The notes beneath the pieces are model-generated. The model was given only the letters and a program-made list of their open reading frames with translations, was not told the DNA's origin and ran no database searches. From positions 2,232,001 to 2,296,000 of the forward strand of contig MU054323.1 of assembly GCA_013239625.1 (NCBI GenBank): 64,000 nucleotides of DNA. Direction: 5' to 3'. The translations under genes and the position numbers were made by a program. Source of the stretch: Lama guanicoe (taxonomy: Eukaryota). Each line of letters opens with the position of its first letter. The first letter of the stretch is position 1. Below are positions 13,194-24,392 of the stretch, in pieces.

Positions 13194-13524
13194 AAGGTTT
13201 CTGGAAAACCAAACTAAGTAATGTAAGAAATACTTTATCTTAGGGAAATCTCAGGAGTATATAAGTATGTAGATGGAGGAATATTGGGGGAAAATAGACC
13301 GGTTCATAAATTATATCATGGGGAAGGAGTGAAATGGGCATGAAATTTACAGAAGACACCAAACATGTTAAGTCAGAGTGCATATATGGGTAAATGGGGA
13401 CTGAAAACCAGGGAAAACTGCAAGAAGAAAGTGGCCAGGACTTCCTCAGAAGGATGTGGGGTATGAATGGGGTGGTCATCATGGAAAAAGAGGGGAAACA
13501 GGGAGGGAAAAGCATGTAAATTAG

Positions 13525-16500
13525 ATGTTCAACATACTCAATTTATAGTGATAATTGCTGACATTAAAAAATAAGAAAGATCACAAATAAACAACCTAAC
13601 TTTACTCCTCAAGAAACTATAAAAATAAGAAAAAACCTAAAACCAAAGTTAGCAGAAGGAAGGAAATAATAAAGATCAAAGCAGATCTAAATCAAGTAGA
13701 GAACAGAAATACAATTTTAAAAAATCAACAAAACTAAGAGTTGTGTTTTTGAAAAAATAAAATTAACAAGCACGTAGCTAGACTAAGAAAAAAAGAGAAG
13801 ACTCAAATAAATACAATCAGAATAACAGATGCATCAGAAATTAAAAAAGGACCATTAGGGAGTGTTATGAAGAATTATATGTGAACAAATTGGATAACTT
13901 AGAAGAAACAGATAAAATCCTAGAGACATACAACTCACCCGTATTGAATTAAGAAGAAATAGAAAGCCTGAACAGATCAACTACAAATAAAGGGATTAAA
14001 GTAGTAATCAAAAACCTTCCAACAAAGAAAAGCCCAGAACCAGGTAGCTTCATGGCTGAATTCTATCAAACATTCAGAGTAATTAATATTAACCCTTTTT
14101 AAACTCTTCCACAAAAATAGAAGTAGAGAGAATATTTTCAAGCTCATTTTGTGAAGCTAGTGTTATCCTAATACCCAAGCCAGACAGATACCGCAAGATA
14201 AGAAAACTATAAGCAAATATCTCTGATAAATATCAGTGCAGAATTCCTCAATAAAATACTAGCAATCTGAATTCAACAACACATACATAATGATCATAAT
14301 GGCCTTTATTCCTGGGATGCAAGGATGGTTTAACATACACAAATAAATCAGTGTGATACACCACATTAAGAGAATGAATGATAAAAACCACTTGATCATC
14401 TCAGTAGATGCACTAAAAACATTTGACAAAGTTCAACATTCATTCATGATAAAAATTCCCAACAAAGTAGGTATACAAGGAAATTTCCATAACACAATAA
14501 AGGCCATTTATGAAAATTCCACAGCTAATATCATTATCATTGGGGGAAAAGTTAAAACTTTTCCTCTGAGATCCCATACAAGGTAAGACTGCCCACTCTC
14601 ATTACTTCTACTCAGCATAGTACTAGAAGTACTAGCAACAGCAGTAAGACAAGAAGATAGTAAATTAAAATAATCCAAATCAAAAAGGCAAAAGTAAAAT
14701 TAAATACTTAGGGATAATAAATTTAACCATGAGGTAAAGGATCTGTACACTGAAAACTGTAATATATTGATTAAAGAAAATGAAGAAGACACAAATAAGT
14801 GGGAAAATATCCCATATTTGTGGATTGAAGGAACTAAAATTGTTAAAATGCCCATACTACCCAAAGTGATTTACCGAGTCAGTGCAATCCTATCAAAATT
14901 ACAATGGCATTTTTCACATAAATAGAAAAACCAATTCTAAAATTTGTAAAGAACCACAGAACACCCTGAACAGCTAAAGCAGTCTTGAGAGAGAACAGAG
15001 TTGGAAGCATCTCATTTCTTCATTTCAAATTATATTATAAACTATAATAATCAAACAGTATAGTTCTGGCATAAAAATGGACCAATGGAACACAATTGAG
15101 AGCCCAGAAATAAACCCATGCATATACAGTCAACTAATATTTTACAAGGGAGCCAGGAATACCCAATGGGAAAATAATAGTCACTTTATTAAATGGTCCT
15201 GGGAAAATTGGATATCCACATAAAAAAGATAGAAATTTGATCCTTACTTACATCATACACAAAAATCAACTCAAAATGGATGAAATATTCAAACATAAGA
15301 CCTGAAACCATAAAATTCTTAGAAACAAAGGGGAAAAAGCTCTTTGATGTTGACTTTGGCAATAATTTCTTGGATATGACATCAAAAGCTCAGGCAACAG
15401 AAGCAAAAATAAATAGCAGGGACTGCATCAAACTGAAAAGTTTCTGTATGGCGAAGGAAATCATCAAGAAAATGAAAAGGCAACTTAATAGATTCAGAGA
15501 AAATATATGCAAATCATATATCTCGTAAGGAGTTAATATCAAAAAATATAAGCAAGTCTCATCACTCAATAGTAACAAGACAACTTGATTAAAAAAATGA
15601 GCAAAGGGCCTGAATAGATAGTTTTCCAAGGAAGACAGACAAATGGCCAACAGGTATAGGAAAAAGTGCTTAACATCACTAATCATCAGGGTAAGGCAAA
15701 TCAAAACCACAATGTGATATCCCCTCACACCTCTTAGGATGGCTATTATCAAAAGTAAAAATAAAAATAAAAGCTAACTAATGTTGGTAAGGTTGTAGAG
15801 AAATGGGAACTCTTGTACACTGTCGGTAGAAATGTAAACTGGTGCAACTATTATGGAAAACAAAATGGAGATTCCTCAAAAAACTAAAATTTGAACTACC
15901 ATATGATTCAGCAATCCATTTTCTGGGTTATATAATCAAAGGAATTAAATCAGTATCTTGAAGAGATAACCTGCACACCCATTTTCATTGTAGCATTATT
16001 CACAATAGCCAATATATGGAAACAGTCTTAAGTATCCTCAATGAACGAATGGATCAAGAAAGTCTGGTATATAAGTGTCCAATGAAATATTATTCAACCT
16101 TAATAAAAGGAGATTCTGCCACTTGCAACAAGGTGAATGAACCTGGAGAACATTATGCTAAATGAAATAAGCTGGATACAGAAAGAAAGAAAAAAAAAAA
16201 ACAAACCCTGCATCCCACCTATGTGTGAAGTCTGAAAAAGCTGAATACATAGAAGCAGAGGGCAGAATGATGGTTACCAGGAGTTGGGGGGGGGGGTTTG
16301 GGGAAAGGGTACAAAGTTGCAGTTATGCAGGATGATTAAGTCTAGAGATTTAATATGCAGCATGATTATTCTAGTTAATACCATTTTGAATACTGGGCAT
16401 AAGGTATTATTTCAGGTGCTGTCATGACACACACAAGTGTAATTATGTGCATTAATTAGCTTGACTATGGTAATTATTTCACTATGTGATTTGATTAAAT

Positions 16501-16573
16501 TTCACATCATCATGTGTATACCTTAAATATATACAATTTTTATTTTAAAAACAATAAAAAGTTTAAAAAAGGA
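13525..16573 (+). mobile_element. 5'-truncated L1 (L1MA-like), about 3 kb, running from just after the EN domain through the 3' UTR, with TSD
   Basis: ORF 14353-14586 (IHHIKRMNDKNHLIISVDALKTFDKVQH...) is L1 RT and ORF 15280-15528 is the ORF2 C-terminal region. G-rich 3' UTR near 16285 and A-rich tail. 17-bp TSD AAAAGCATG(T/G)AAATTAG at 13508-13524 and 16574-16590. Many stops and frameshifts. Confidence 0.95.
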
Positions 16574-17362
16574 AAAAGCATGGAAATTAGCTGAGGGCAA
16601 GTCTGGGGCGTAAGGAAACAGCGGCATGGAATGAGAAGCTCAGGATTCCCTTTAGAGTAGTGTCAGCATCTGGGACACCAAGTTCTGTGCTAATGATTTG
16701 ATGTAGGACTTGGGGTATCCTGGTCTTACATTCATCTATCTAGGAAGTGCTTGTCTAGGAAAAGACAGAGCTAGAGGTTTGGAAGCATTTAATTCAAAGT
16801 GAAAACAGATCTGTTTTGTTGGAGATTTAGTAGATCTGGGAATGAAATCTCACAAATTGTTTGTCAAATTGGATTTGTGGGAAGAGACTGAATTAGATAT
16901 TATTCAGTTGAAGATGGAAGTTATAGATACATTGGTTTAATTTTTAAAAGTTCCTTAAGTTTTTTTTTTAATATATGTAGTACCTCCTGGATGAATAAGA
17001 CTGTGTTAGAAGAAAAGTAAGAGAGCAGGAGAAAAAAAAATTAAACCAAATTAGATACAATTCTTTGCACATTGGAAATTACGGTTCAGCAGGAAATACA
17101 GAAGTTGCGTGGTTAATACAAAGTGGGACGGGATGGGGCCTGACTGTGAAGTGGGACTGAAGATGGGCATGGCTAACTTTAGGACACCAGGTTAGAATTT
17201 TGATGTTAAGGAGACAGAGAGACCTCATAAAATTCTGCCTTTCAGTGCAGTGGCTTTGGCAGTGAGTTCTTTAAGATCTGGTGGGAAAATAGAGTGAGAT
17301 AGGTTGGGTGACTTAAATATTCAATTTAGGAGATGTAGAGGCAAAGATAAGTTCCCATGGGG

Positions 17363-17585
17363 CAAGATTTTTCAAACTGCAGGTTACTGCCAGCATTAAA
17401 AAAAATTAAAAACAAAAAAACAAAAAACACAAGTAGACCAGAATGGAATGGAAGAGAAAATATCAGAGCGATACCACAAAGAGCAAAGAGAGCTATGGTT
17501 TCATGAAACTTTGGTTTTGGTTTTGAATAAAGTAGAAAGTATATTTCTTACTGTATGTCCAGGTCCAAAATGTCGAAAGCAGTAC
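17363..17585. mobile_element. hAT-Charlie-type non-autonomous DNA transposon (MER/Charlie MITE, subfamily uncertain)
   Basis: TTTTTCAAACTGCAGGT...GAAAATATCAGAG...GTTTCATGAAACTTT...TATTTCTTACTGT...GGTCCAAAATGTCGAAAGCAGT matches a recalled Charlie-family MITE with decayed termini. Confidence 0.6.
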
Positions 17586-18779
17586 ATTAAAGGTCTGTAG
17601 GAAACAAATTAGGAAGGCATCTGAATTTATTTACCTTGATAGGGTAATGAAAAGATTTTATAATGGCATGTTGTTTATTTTATAATGAAACGAAGAGTTA
17701 AAACAAATAAAAACAACAAAACACTTCCAGGACTAAATACTAGGTAAGGAAGAAAGCAGCTATCGTGAGATTGTGAGTTTATATATGTGTTCATGTGTTT
17801 GTGTGTCTGTCCATAAAATATTACTCAAGCTAAAAGAAGTATTAGATTGTCCTTCACAAATAGCGACCCAACACTGACTGTAGGGACAGGGCAAAGGAAA
17901 TGGTCGTGTAATTTGGCCTCAGGGATCTATGAGTCTCACTGGAAATTTTTCAGAACTGATAAGATGCCTAGGATCTTCTTAACCAATAATCTAGTGATGT
18001 TTTCTTTAGGATATAAAAAAATACATATTTTACAGGAAAGAAAATCTATACCTTTTGGGGAAGCTGGTCTCACATACACAGTTTTGTTTGTCAGGCTTAC
18101 AAAGGCCGTTACTCTCATTGGAAAAAAAAAATGTCTTAAAATATACAAGGTTACAGTTGTTGCTACCAAAAATGTTCAAGTGTTTTGTTACAAGACCAAG
18201 GTACATAGATGAAGGTAGTGTATGAAAAGAATTAGTTTCTAAGTGAAGATGGTAATATCTGGAAAGGAGTTTTAGAAATTAGCAAAATGATGTTGTTTTG
18301 AAGCCTTGTCTACTGAGTAGATTTTATAAGCATGTTATCATGTCTACCATTCTTAATGCTGGTTTAAAAAAAAATACTCCATTTTTTAGCATGTGCACTG
18401 CCAGCTGGGTAGAATTCCTTCTACAAAGACCCAACTGAATGGATTGGAGAGGACTCTTTATTTATCTATGATTTCAACCCCACCTGCTTACCATTTTCTT
18501 GTTAAAAGGAATTAGTGAGTGTTGGGTATGTGGCTATGAAGCAATTGAACAAATCTCCACTGCAGCTATAATACAAATCCATCTTCAATCCCAGAGCAAA
18601 TTGTTCTCATTTTGGGAGGGAAAAAGGTATTTTCTTGGCTAAAAACAAAAATTAACAAATATTTCGCAGAAGGTGAACTCTAGGGTCCCAACCAAATCCT
18701 GAACAAATTAGAGTGAAGCAGAAACAGCTGTTGGGTAAAATGCACATCCTAGAGTAGGTTCTGGGCTGTCAGGCAAGAT

Positions 18780-19160
18780 TGCTTGGAGCTGGCCGGCCGG
18801 TCCCAGCTTTACCATTTCCCAGCACCTTGGCAAAGAGTGGGAAAAGTGCAAAGAGGAGGCCTTGTTCAAGAAAAACAACAGAGCTCCAAGTTCTCTTTGC
18901 TTTGGGACCTAAGGGATCCCAAGGTGGGTTTTTTTTCTTCCCCCGCCCCACGTCCTCCTTCCCCTCCAACAGCCCCCACCCCGCCCCAGAAATAGCCCAT
19001 GAAAATGGAGATGACTTGCTTTGTTGACAGGAGGATGCAGTGAAGCTGTGACTGAGCTGTGAGGACTCAGCAAGCTTCTCAGGAGGATTGTTACCTCTTT
19101 GCAAGCGCTCCCCCCAAACAGGACTGAGTGCAGCAATCCTGGGGCCTTTGCTGGTAATGG
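18780..19160. promoter_or_regulatory. Candidate enhancer/promoter with two GC boxes
   Basis: GC-richer unique DNA with CCCCGCCCC (Sp/KLF) at 18941-18949 and 18979-18987 inside a C-rich tract. Confidence 0.35.
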
Positions 19161-19762
19161 GTTACACTTTGCGGAACAGTGAGTGAAACATCTTCTGCAT
19201 TTTATCCAATCGTAATTGAAGTCAAGAGACATGGAATGACTAAAAAAGATTGAAATCCAAGCTTGGTCGTTTTCCAGACTCTAAATTTGCTTTCACTCCA
19301 CCTAGAACTATTGTATTTGAGTCCAGGAAAGGTATCAAATGGTTTCAAGCATCTTAACGATGTTTTAGGTGTGCTAAGGAATTGTAAAATGATTCAGCGC
19401 TGTTCCTCTCTTTCAACTTTATGCTTAATTATTTTTCTTGTTAAATGTGTTAGTGTGTGCCTGGAGACTCATCAGAAAGCACACCTTTTTTCACCCAAGT
19501 TCTAAACCTGTTAGAAATGAGAACAGAAAGAGTGAAAATTTCAAGGTCAAAATATAATCTTGATAATGGATAAAGCAGATATGGTTTAATAGGGCTTATT
19601 TCTCAGGGCATGTGGGCTTTGTAACATTGGAATAGAATTAGAAAGACTTATGAAGCCTCCTTCGCAGGTGGCACCAGTCAGTACCACAGGCTTTCTCCAG
19701 TGGGAAGGCTATTATTATTGTTTGCAATGTGGCCAAGAGCAATCAAGAACATACACTCTCAA

Positions 19763-20430
19763 AAGACTAAAAATAGGCTTATCCTGTGATCCAGCAATCC
19801 CACTCTTGGGCATATATCCAGAGGGAACCTTAATTCAAAAATATACATGCACCCCAATGTTCATAGCAGCACTATTTACAATAGCCAAGACATGGAAACA
19901 ACCTAAATGTTCATCAACAGATGACTGGATAAAGAAGTTGTGGTATGTTTATACAATGGAATACTACTCAGCCATAAAACAGAATAATGCCATTTGCAGT
20001 AACATTAATGTATCTGAAGAATGTCATTCTAAGTGAACTAAGCCAGAAAGAAAGAAAAATGCCATATAATATCACTTATATGTGGAACCAAGAAAAAGAG
20101 AAAAGTGAACTTATTTACAAAACAGAAGCAGATTCACAGACATAGAAAACAAACTTATGGTTATTGAGGAGGAAGGGAGTGGGAAGGGTTAAAGTGGGAG
20201 TTCGTAATTTGCAGATACATATTACTATATATAAAATAGATAAACAACAAATTTATACTGTAAGCACAGGGAATTATATTCACAATCTTATGGTTAAAAA
20301 GAATATGAAAACGAATATATGTATGTTCCTATATGACTGAAGTATTGTGCTGTACACTAGAAATTGACACAACATTGTAAACTGACTATACTTCAATTTA
20401 AAAATATATATATAAAAGAAAAAGAAAAAA
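19763..20430 (+). mobile_element. Lineage-specific (camelid/cetartiodactyl-type) L1 3' end with TSD
   Basis: ORF 19650-20036 contains DPAIPLLGIYP...TCTPMFIAALFTIAKTWKQPKC...WIKKLWYVYTMEYYSAIK (ORF2p C-terminus). Artiodactyl-type 3' UTR (TAAAATAGATAAACAACAA...GCTGTACAC...GACACAACATTGTAAACTGACTATACTTCAA) and A tail. TSD at 19745-19762 and 20431-20448. Confidence 0.92.
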
Positions 20431-20559
20431 AAGGACATATGCTCTCAATGGAATATAACCTCCCAGCATTACTATAGCATAATTTCTCTCTTTTTATCTC
20501 ACTTTTTCTGTCTGTGATGCCTACAAATTTTGAAAACAGATGAGAATGGTATAAACTGA

Positions 20560-20790
20560 AAAGATAATTTATCTACTCTTTTCCATCATCCCATACTCCA
20601 GAGGCAACTGCTTTTAAACATTTGTTTTTTACTTTCCCTAGTTATTATAAGTTTACAGATTTATTTCTGCGTTTAAAATTATCTTCAAACACTATCTATT
20701 GATGTTCTTTCATAAAATATAAGGAACTTAGCACTTACCCTACCTCCCACTTCTGTTCCTTCACATTATAATTTTTATTGAGCATGCTCT
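20560..20790 (-). mobile_element. HAL1/L1ME-like 3' fragment
   Basis: CCATACTCCAGAGGCAACTGCTTTTAA...CTATCTATTGA...TAAGGAACTTAGCAC. Confidence 0.45.
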
Positions 20791-20814
20791 TGTTTTTACT
20801 TCTTGTGTGGGAGG

Positions 20815-21045
20815 GAGCCTAGTTAAGAGTGAGCTCCTAGAGTTCATACTCCATCACTTATTTACTTATTAGCTAGGTAATCATGAAAAAGATACTTTAG
20901 GTCAAAACTTAGAATTTCTCATCTGTAATTGGGGATAATGATGGTACCTCCTTTATAAGTAACTGTGAGGACAAAACTGGTCAACCCACCTGAAGTGCTT
21001 AGTACTATGCATAACAGTCAGAAAACACCAAACAAATGTTACACG
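20815..21045 (+). mobile_element. MIR SINE
   Basis: AGTTAAGAGTGAGCTCCTAGAG...TTTCTCATCTGTAATTGGGGATAATGATGGTACCT...TGAAGTGCTTAG. Confidence 0.75.
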
Positions 21046-21329
21046 TGGTTCTGTGACAATAATATGTTATTGTCAGGAGAGTTTGATTCTAAAATCTGAG
21101 ATCTAACAAAATCAACACATATTATAATTATTTAAATATTCTTAAAGATAGGCTCAAATAGCATGATTGGACTCAGAAAAAGAGATGTAATTTTTTCAGT
21201 CACTAAAACTTTGTTTTTTAAAAAAGATCCTTCCAAGTATCAGCATTTAGTCAAAATTCTTAATTTCTTCCAGGCATCCTTATTTCTTCTGCTTATACTA
21301 ATTTCTTTATATTTCTTGGATTGTGAAGG

Positions 21330-21525
21330 CATACAGTGCTGGTGTTCAACTTGTAGGTGTGACTGTGTATGTGACATTATACAGGTGACTTAGACTTTCT
21401 ATCTCTTGCTTTTCTCATCATCAGATAGGGATAATTATAGTATATTCCTCATAGTATTATTATGAATAATAAAGTAAATAATACATGTACAGCATGTAGA
21501 AAATCACCTGGCACCCTATATTATT
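21330..21525 (+). mobile_element. MIR SINE
   Basis: GTGACTTAGACTTTCT...TTTCTCATC...GGGATAATTATAGTA...CCTCATAG...TAATACATGTACAGCATGTAGAA...CCTGGCAC. Confidence 0.7.
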
Positions 21526-21704
21526 TGCTGTTTTTTCCCTTTTGTAATTTTGCCAGAGTACTCTATTCATTTACTTACTCTTACAGAATGTTGGGCACTA
21601 AATGTTCTGTGTCTCTATATACAAAATATATTTGTATGTTCCTCTCCTCCCCCCAAAACTGAATGCTTATAAGATTTTAAATTCAAAGTTGGAATCTGGA
21701 ACTC

Positions 21705-23175
21705 TGTTTCCAGTAATGATGGGGTAGCTTATTGTAGACCAACACTCCCACCAAGAGCATCTAGAGAATCTGGAAAAAATATCCATGTAGGGACCAGAGA
21801 GCCAGTATGGCAGTCAGGGCTACCTAGATGGGACAGAACCCAGAAAGAAGGTAGTGCATTGAAGTGAACCCCCAATTTTTGCATTGTTTTCCCACCTAAG
21901 GTGTTTGATATTCTTGACATGGGTCTAAGAGCCTAAAAAGTTGAGCAGGCAGTTGCTGCTAATTGAGCAGAGTATTTGGCCATCTCATAGGACAGCAGAT
22001 TAAAAATTAGACTCAGTTTATCAGGAAAATGGGCCCCTGTTAAAAGCTTCACACTTCCAGTTAAGACCCCTGAAGGAGTACACACTGGGAGTAAAGGCAA
22101 ACAGGTAATAGATCATCCCTCATAAAAGAGTAGACTTGAGCCTGTCAGTTTCAGAGTTGGATTAAGGGGATGTGTACCTACTCCAAATGCCATTTCCTCA
22201 TTGGAGAAAGATGAATCAGCCAAGTCCCAAATTATTTCTGCACTTTTTCATTCACAATGTCTGACATTTAAGTAAAAAGAATAAATTTTGTCAGGAAACA
22301 GGGGTAAGTGACCAAAATCAAGAAGAAATAGAGACAATAAAATCAAACCAACAGGTGATCATTTATTATTTGAAGTTTACTTTAAAATGACTATGATTAC
22401 TATGCTACAAAAATGTCCAAGAGTAAGAATTTCACTAGGGAATGAGGATATATAAAATAATCTAATGATAATTCTGGAACTAAAGATTATATAAAAGAAA
22501 ATAAAGAACTGAAAATACAAGTTTAATAGATTAATCACAGCAGAAGAGAAGATGAGCAGATAGATTACTACCAAATATCACACACACACATACACACACA
22601 CAGAGGAAAGATGTAAGATAGATTAAAAAATGCATTAAAGACACACGGGGCATGATGAAAAGATATGACATATTGTACAATTGAAGTCCGAGAAAAGGGG
22701 AAAATTATGGTGGAAACAAAATTTGAAGAGATACTGGTCAAGAAGTACCCCAAACTGATAAAAACCATCAAGACACAAAATTTAAGAAAAATCAAAATTT
22801 AAATTGGACCAAAGATAAATAAATAAATAAAAGAAGAAGAAAAGAACAAGAAAAAAAAACCCAAAAAGCTCTAGGTTCAGCATAGTAGAACTTCTGAAAA
22901 CAAAAGAGAAAAAGGAAATTTCAAAAGCAGCCAGGAAAAAGAAAAAGACATTTTACCTTCAAATGAGCAACAAGACTAGCAGCAAATTCTCATTAGAAAT
23001 AATTATGGAAACTAGAAGATGATGAATTGACATCTTTAAAGTGCTTGAAGAAAACAGCTGAAAAATCTATAATTATGTTTTCAAGTAAATATACTCTAAA
23101 ATGAAGGCAAAATATGAAATAAGAAAATTAAAAAGAAATTTATCAACAGATCTATGCTAAAAGAGATAATCAGAC
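21705..23175 (+). mobile_element. Old L1M 5' UTR plus ORF1 remnant
   Basis: 5' UTR-like TTTCCAGTAATGATGGGGTAGC...AGACCAACACTCCCACC. ORF1-like A-rich DNA (TTTAATAGATTAATCACAGCAGAAGAGAAGAT; AAAAGCAGCCAGGAAAAA; GACATCTTTAAAGTGCT; AAAATGAAGGCAAAAT). Confidence 0.75.
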
Positions 23176-23254
23176 GCAAGTGGTCAGATTATTGATTTAA
23201 GCCTAAATATATAAGGAATCCGTTCAATCTGGTTCCCTGGGTTTCTCTGTTAAC

Positions 23255-23358
23255 AAAGGATGTACAACATGAATAAGAAATTATCCCTTGTTGTTTTAAG
23301 CCTATGATATATGAGGATTTTTGGTACTGAATAACCAGACTATAATGACTGACATAGT
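23255..23358 (+). mobile_element. MLT1 LTR 3' fragment
   Basis: TGAATAAGAAATTATCCCTTGTTGTTTTAAGCC...ATAACCAGACTATAATGACTGACATA resembles the MLT1 LTR terminus. Confidence 0.6.
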
Positions 23359-23489
23359 GATTCAAGTTTTTTCCCTAATTTCTTCATTTTGCTCTCTATT
23401 GTTTGTAAATTATGCTGTATGTCTATGCTTTTAGCGGTTGCTCTAGGTTTTTTTTTTAACATGCATAATTAACAAATTCCACATACTTG

Positions 23490-23651
23490 AATAGCTTCTT
23501 AACTTTTAATGTATGTTCAGATTACCCTAGGTTTTATTAAAATGCAGGTTATGATTCAGGAGGCCAAAGGTGGGGTCTGAGATTCTGCATTTCTAACAAA
23601 CGTCTGGGTGATAATCTTACTGGTACCTGGACCACACTTTGAGCAGCAAAG
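23490..23651 (+). mobile_element. MER5B (hAT-Charlie) MITE
   Basis: TTAAAATGCAGGTTATGATTCAGGAGG...GGTGGGGTCTGAGATTCTGCATTTCTAACAA...GGACCACACTTTGAGCAGCAA matches MER5B. Confidence 0.85.
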
Positions 23652-24343
23652 CCTAAAACTACATACCTTACCTTACCCCAACTTCAAACTTAAACCTTAC
23701 TGCTGTTCCATATTTCAGCTTTATTTCCCCACAAATTAAATGTTAAAATTTTATAGTCAACATTTATTTAGATTAATCCACTTGCCAATTTCTTTGTTTA
23801 CCCTTCCTTCTAATATCTCATTTAACTCCTTTCAGTATTTCCTTCAGTGAAGGTATCTTTGTGATAAACTCCACTTTTCATCATGCAAAACAATGCCTTT
23901 ATTTTACCCTTCTTCTTGAAAGATCATCTTTTGGGTAAAGCATGTCGGGATATTGCATTCTCCTCTGATCTCCATACATACTGATGTGAAATGAGTCATT
24001 TGTCTGATAGTCTGATATTCAGATTATCTATCTTTTCTCCATTCTTCCTTTAAGGACTAATTTTCTTTGATGTTCATAGTTTAACTGTGATATATCTTTG
24101 TGTAGAGTTATTTTTCATTTATTCTTTTTGGAATATACTGAGTTTCTTGGATCTGAGAGTTGGTGTTCTTCAAGGGATCTGGAAAACTCTCATAGTATCT
24201 TTAAATATTGGCTTATTCTCATTCCATCTTCTATAATTATAATCAGTCATTTGTTGGCTTTCCTCACTCTGTGCTCTGGTTCTTAACTTTTACATCTTTC
24301 ATCTCTCTGTCTTTCTGAGGTGCAAGTTTGATATTATCTTTTT

Positions 24344-24392
24344 TGATACAACACTGTAAAATGATTATAAATCAATTAAAAATGTTAAAAAA
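24344..24392 (+). mobile_element. Extremely 5'-truncated young L1 (49 bp) with perfect 20-bp TSD
   Basis: The insert TGATACAACACTGTAAAATGATTATAAATCAATTAAAAATGTTAAAAAA resembles the L1 3' terminus at 20364-20405. It is flanked by AAGTTTGATATTATCTTTTT at 24324-24343 and 24393-24412. Confidence 0.8.

Noticed and set aside
16281..16310. G-quadruplex-like G tract
   Set aside because: It is the known G-rich segment of the L1 3' UTR and is explained by the L1 feature.
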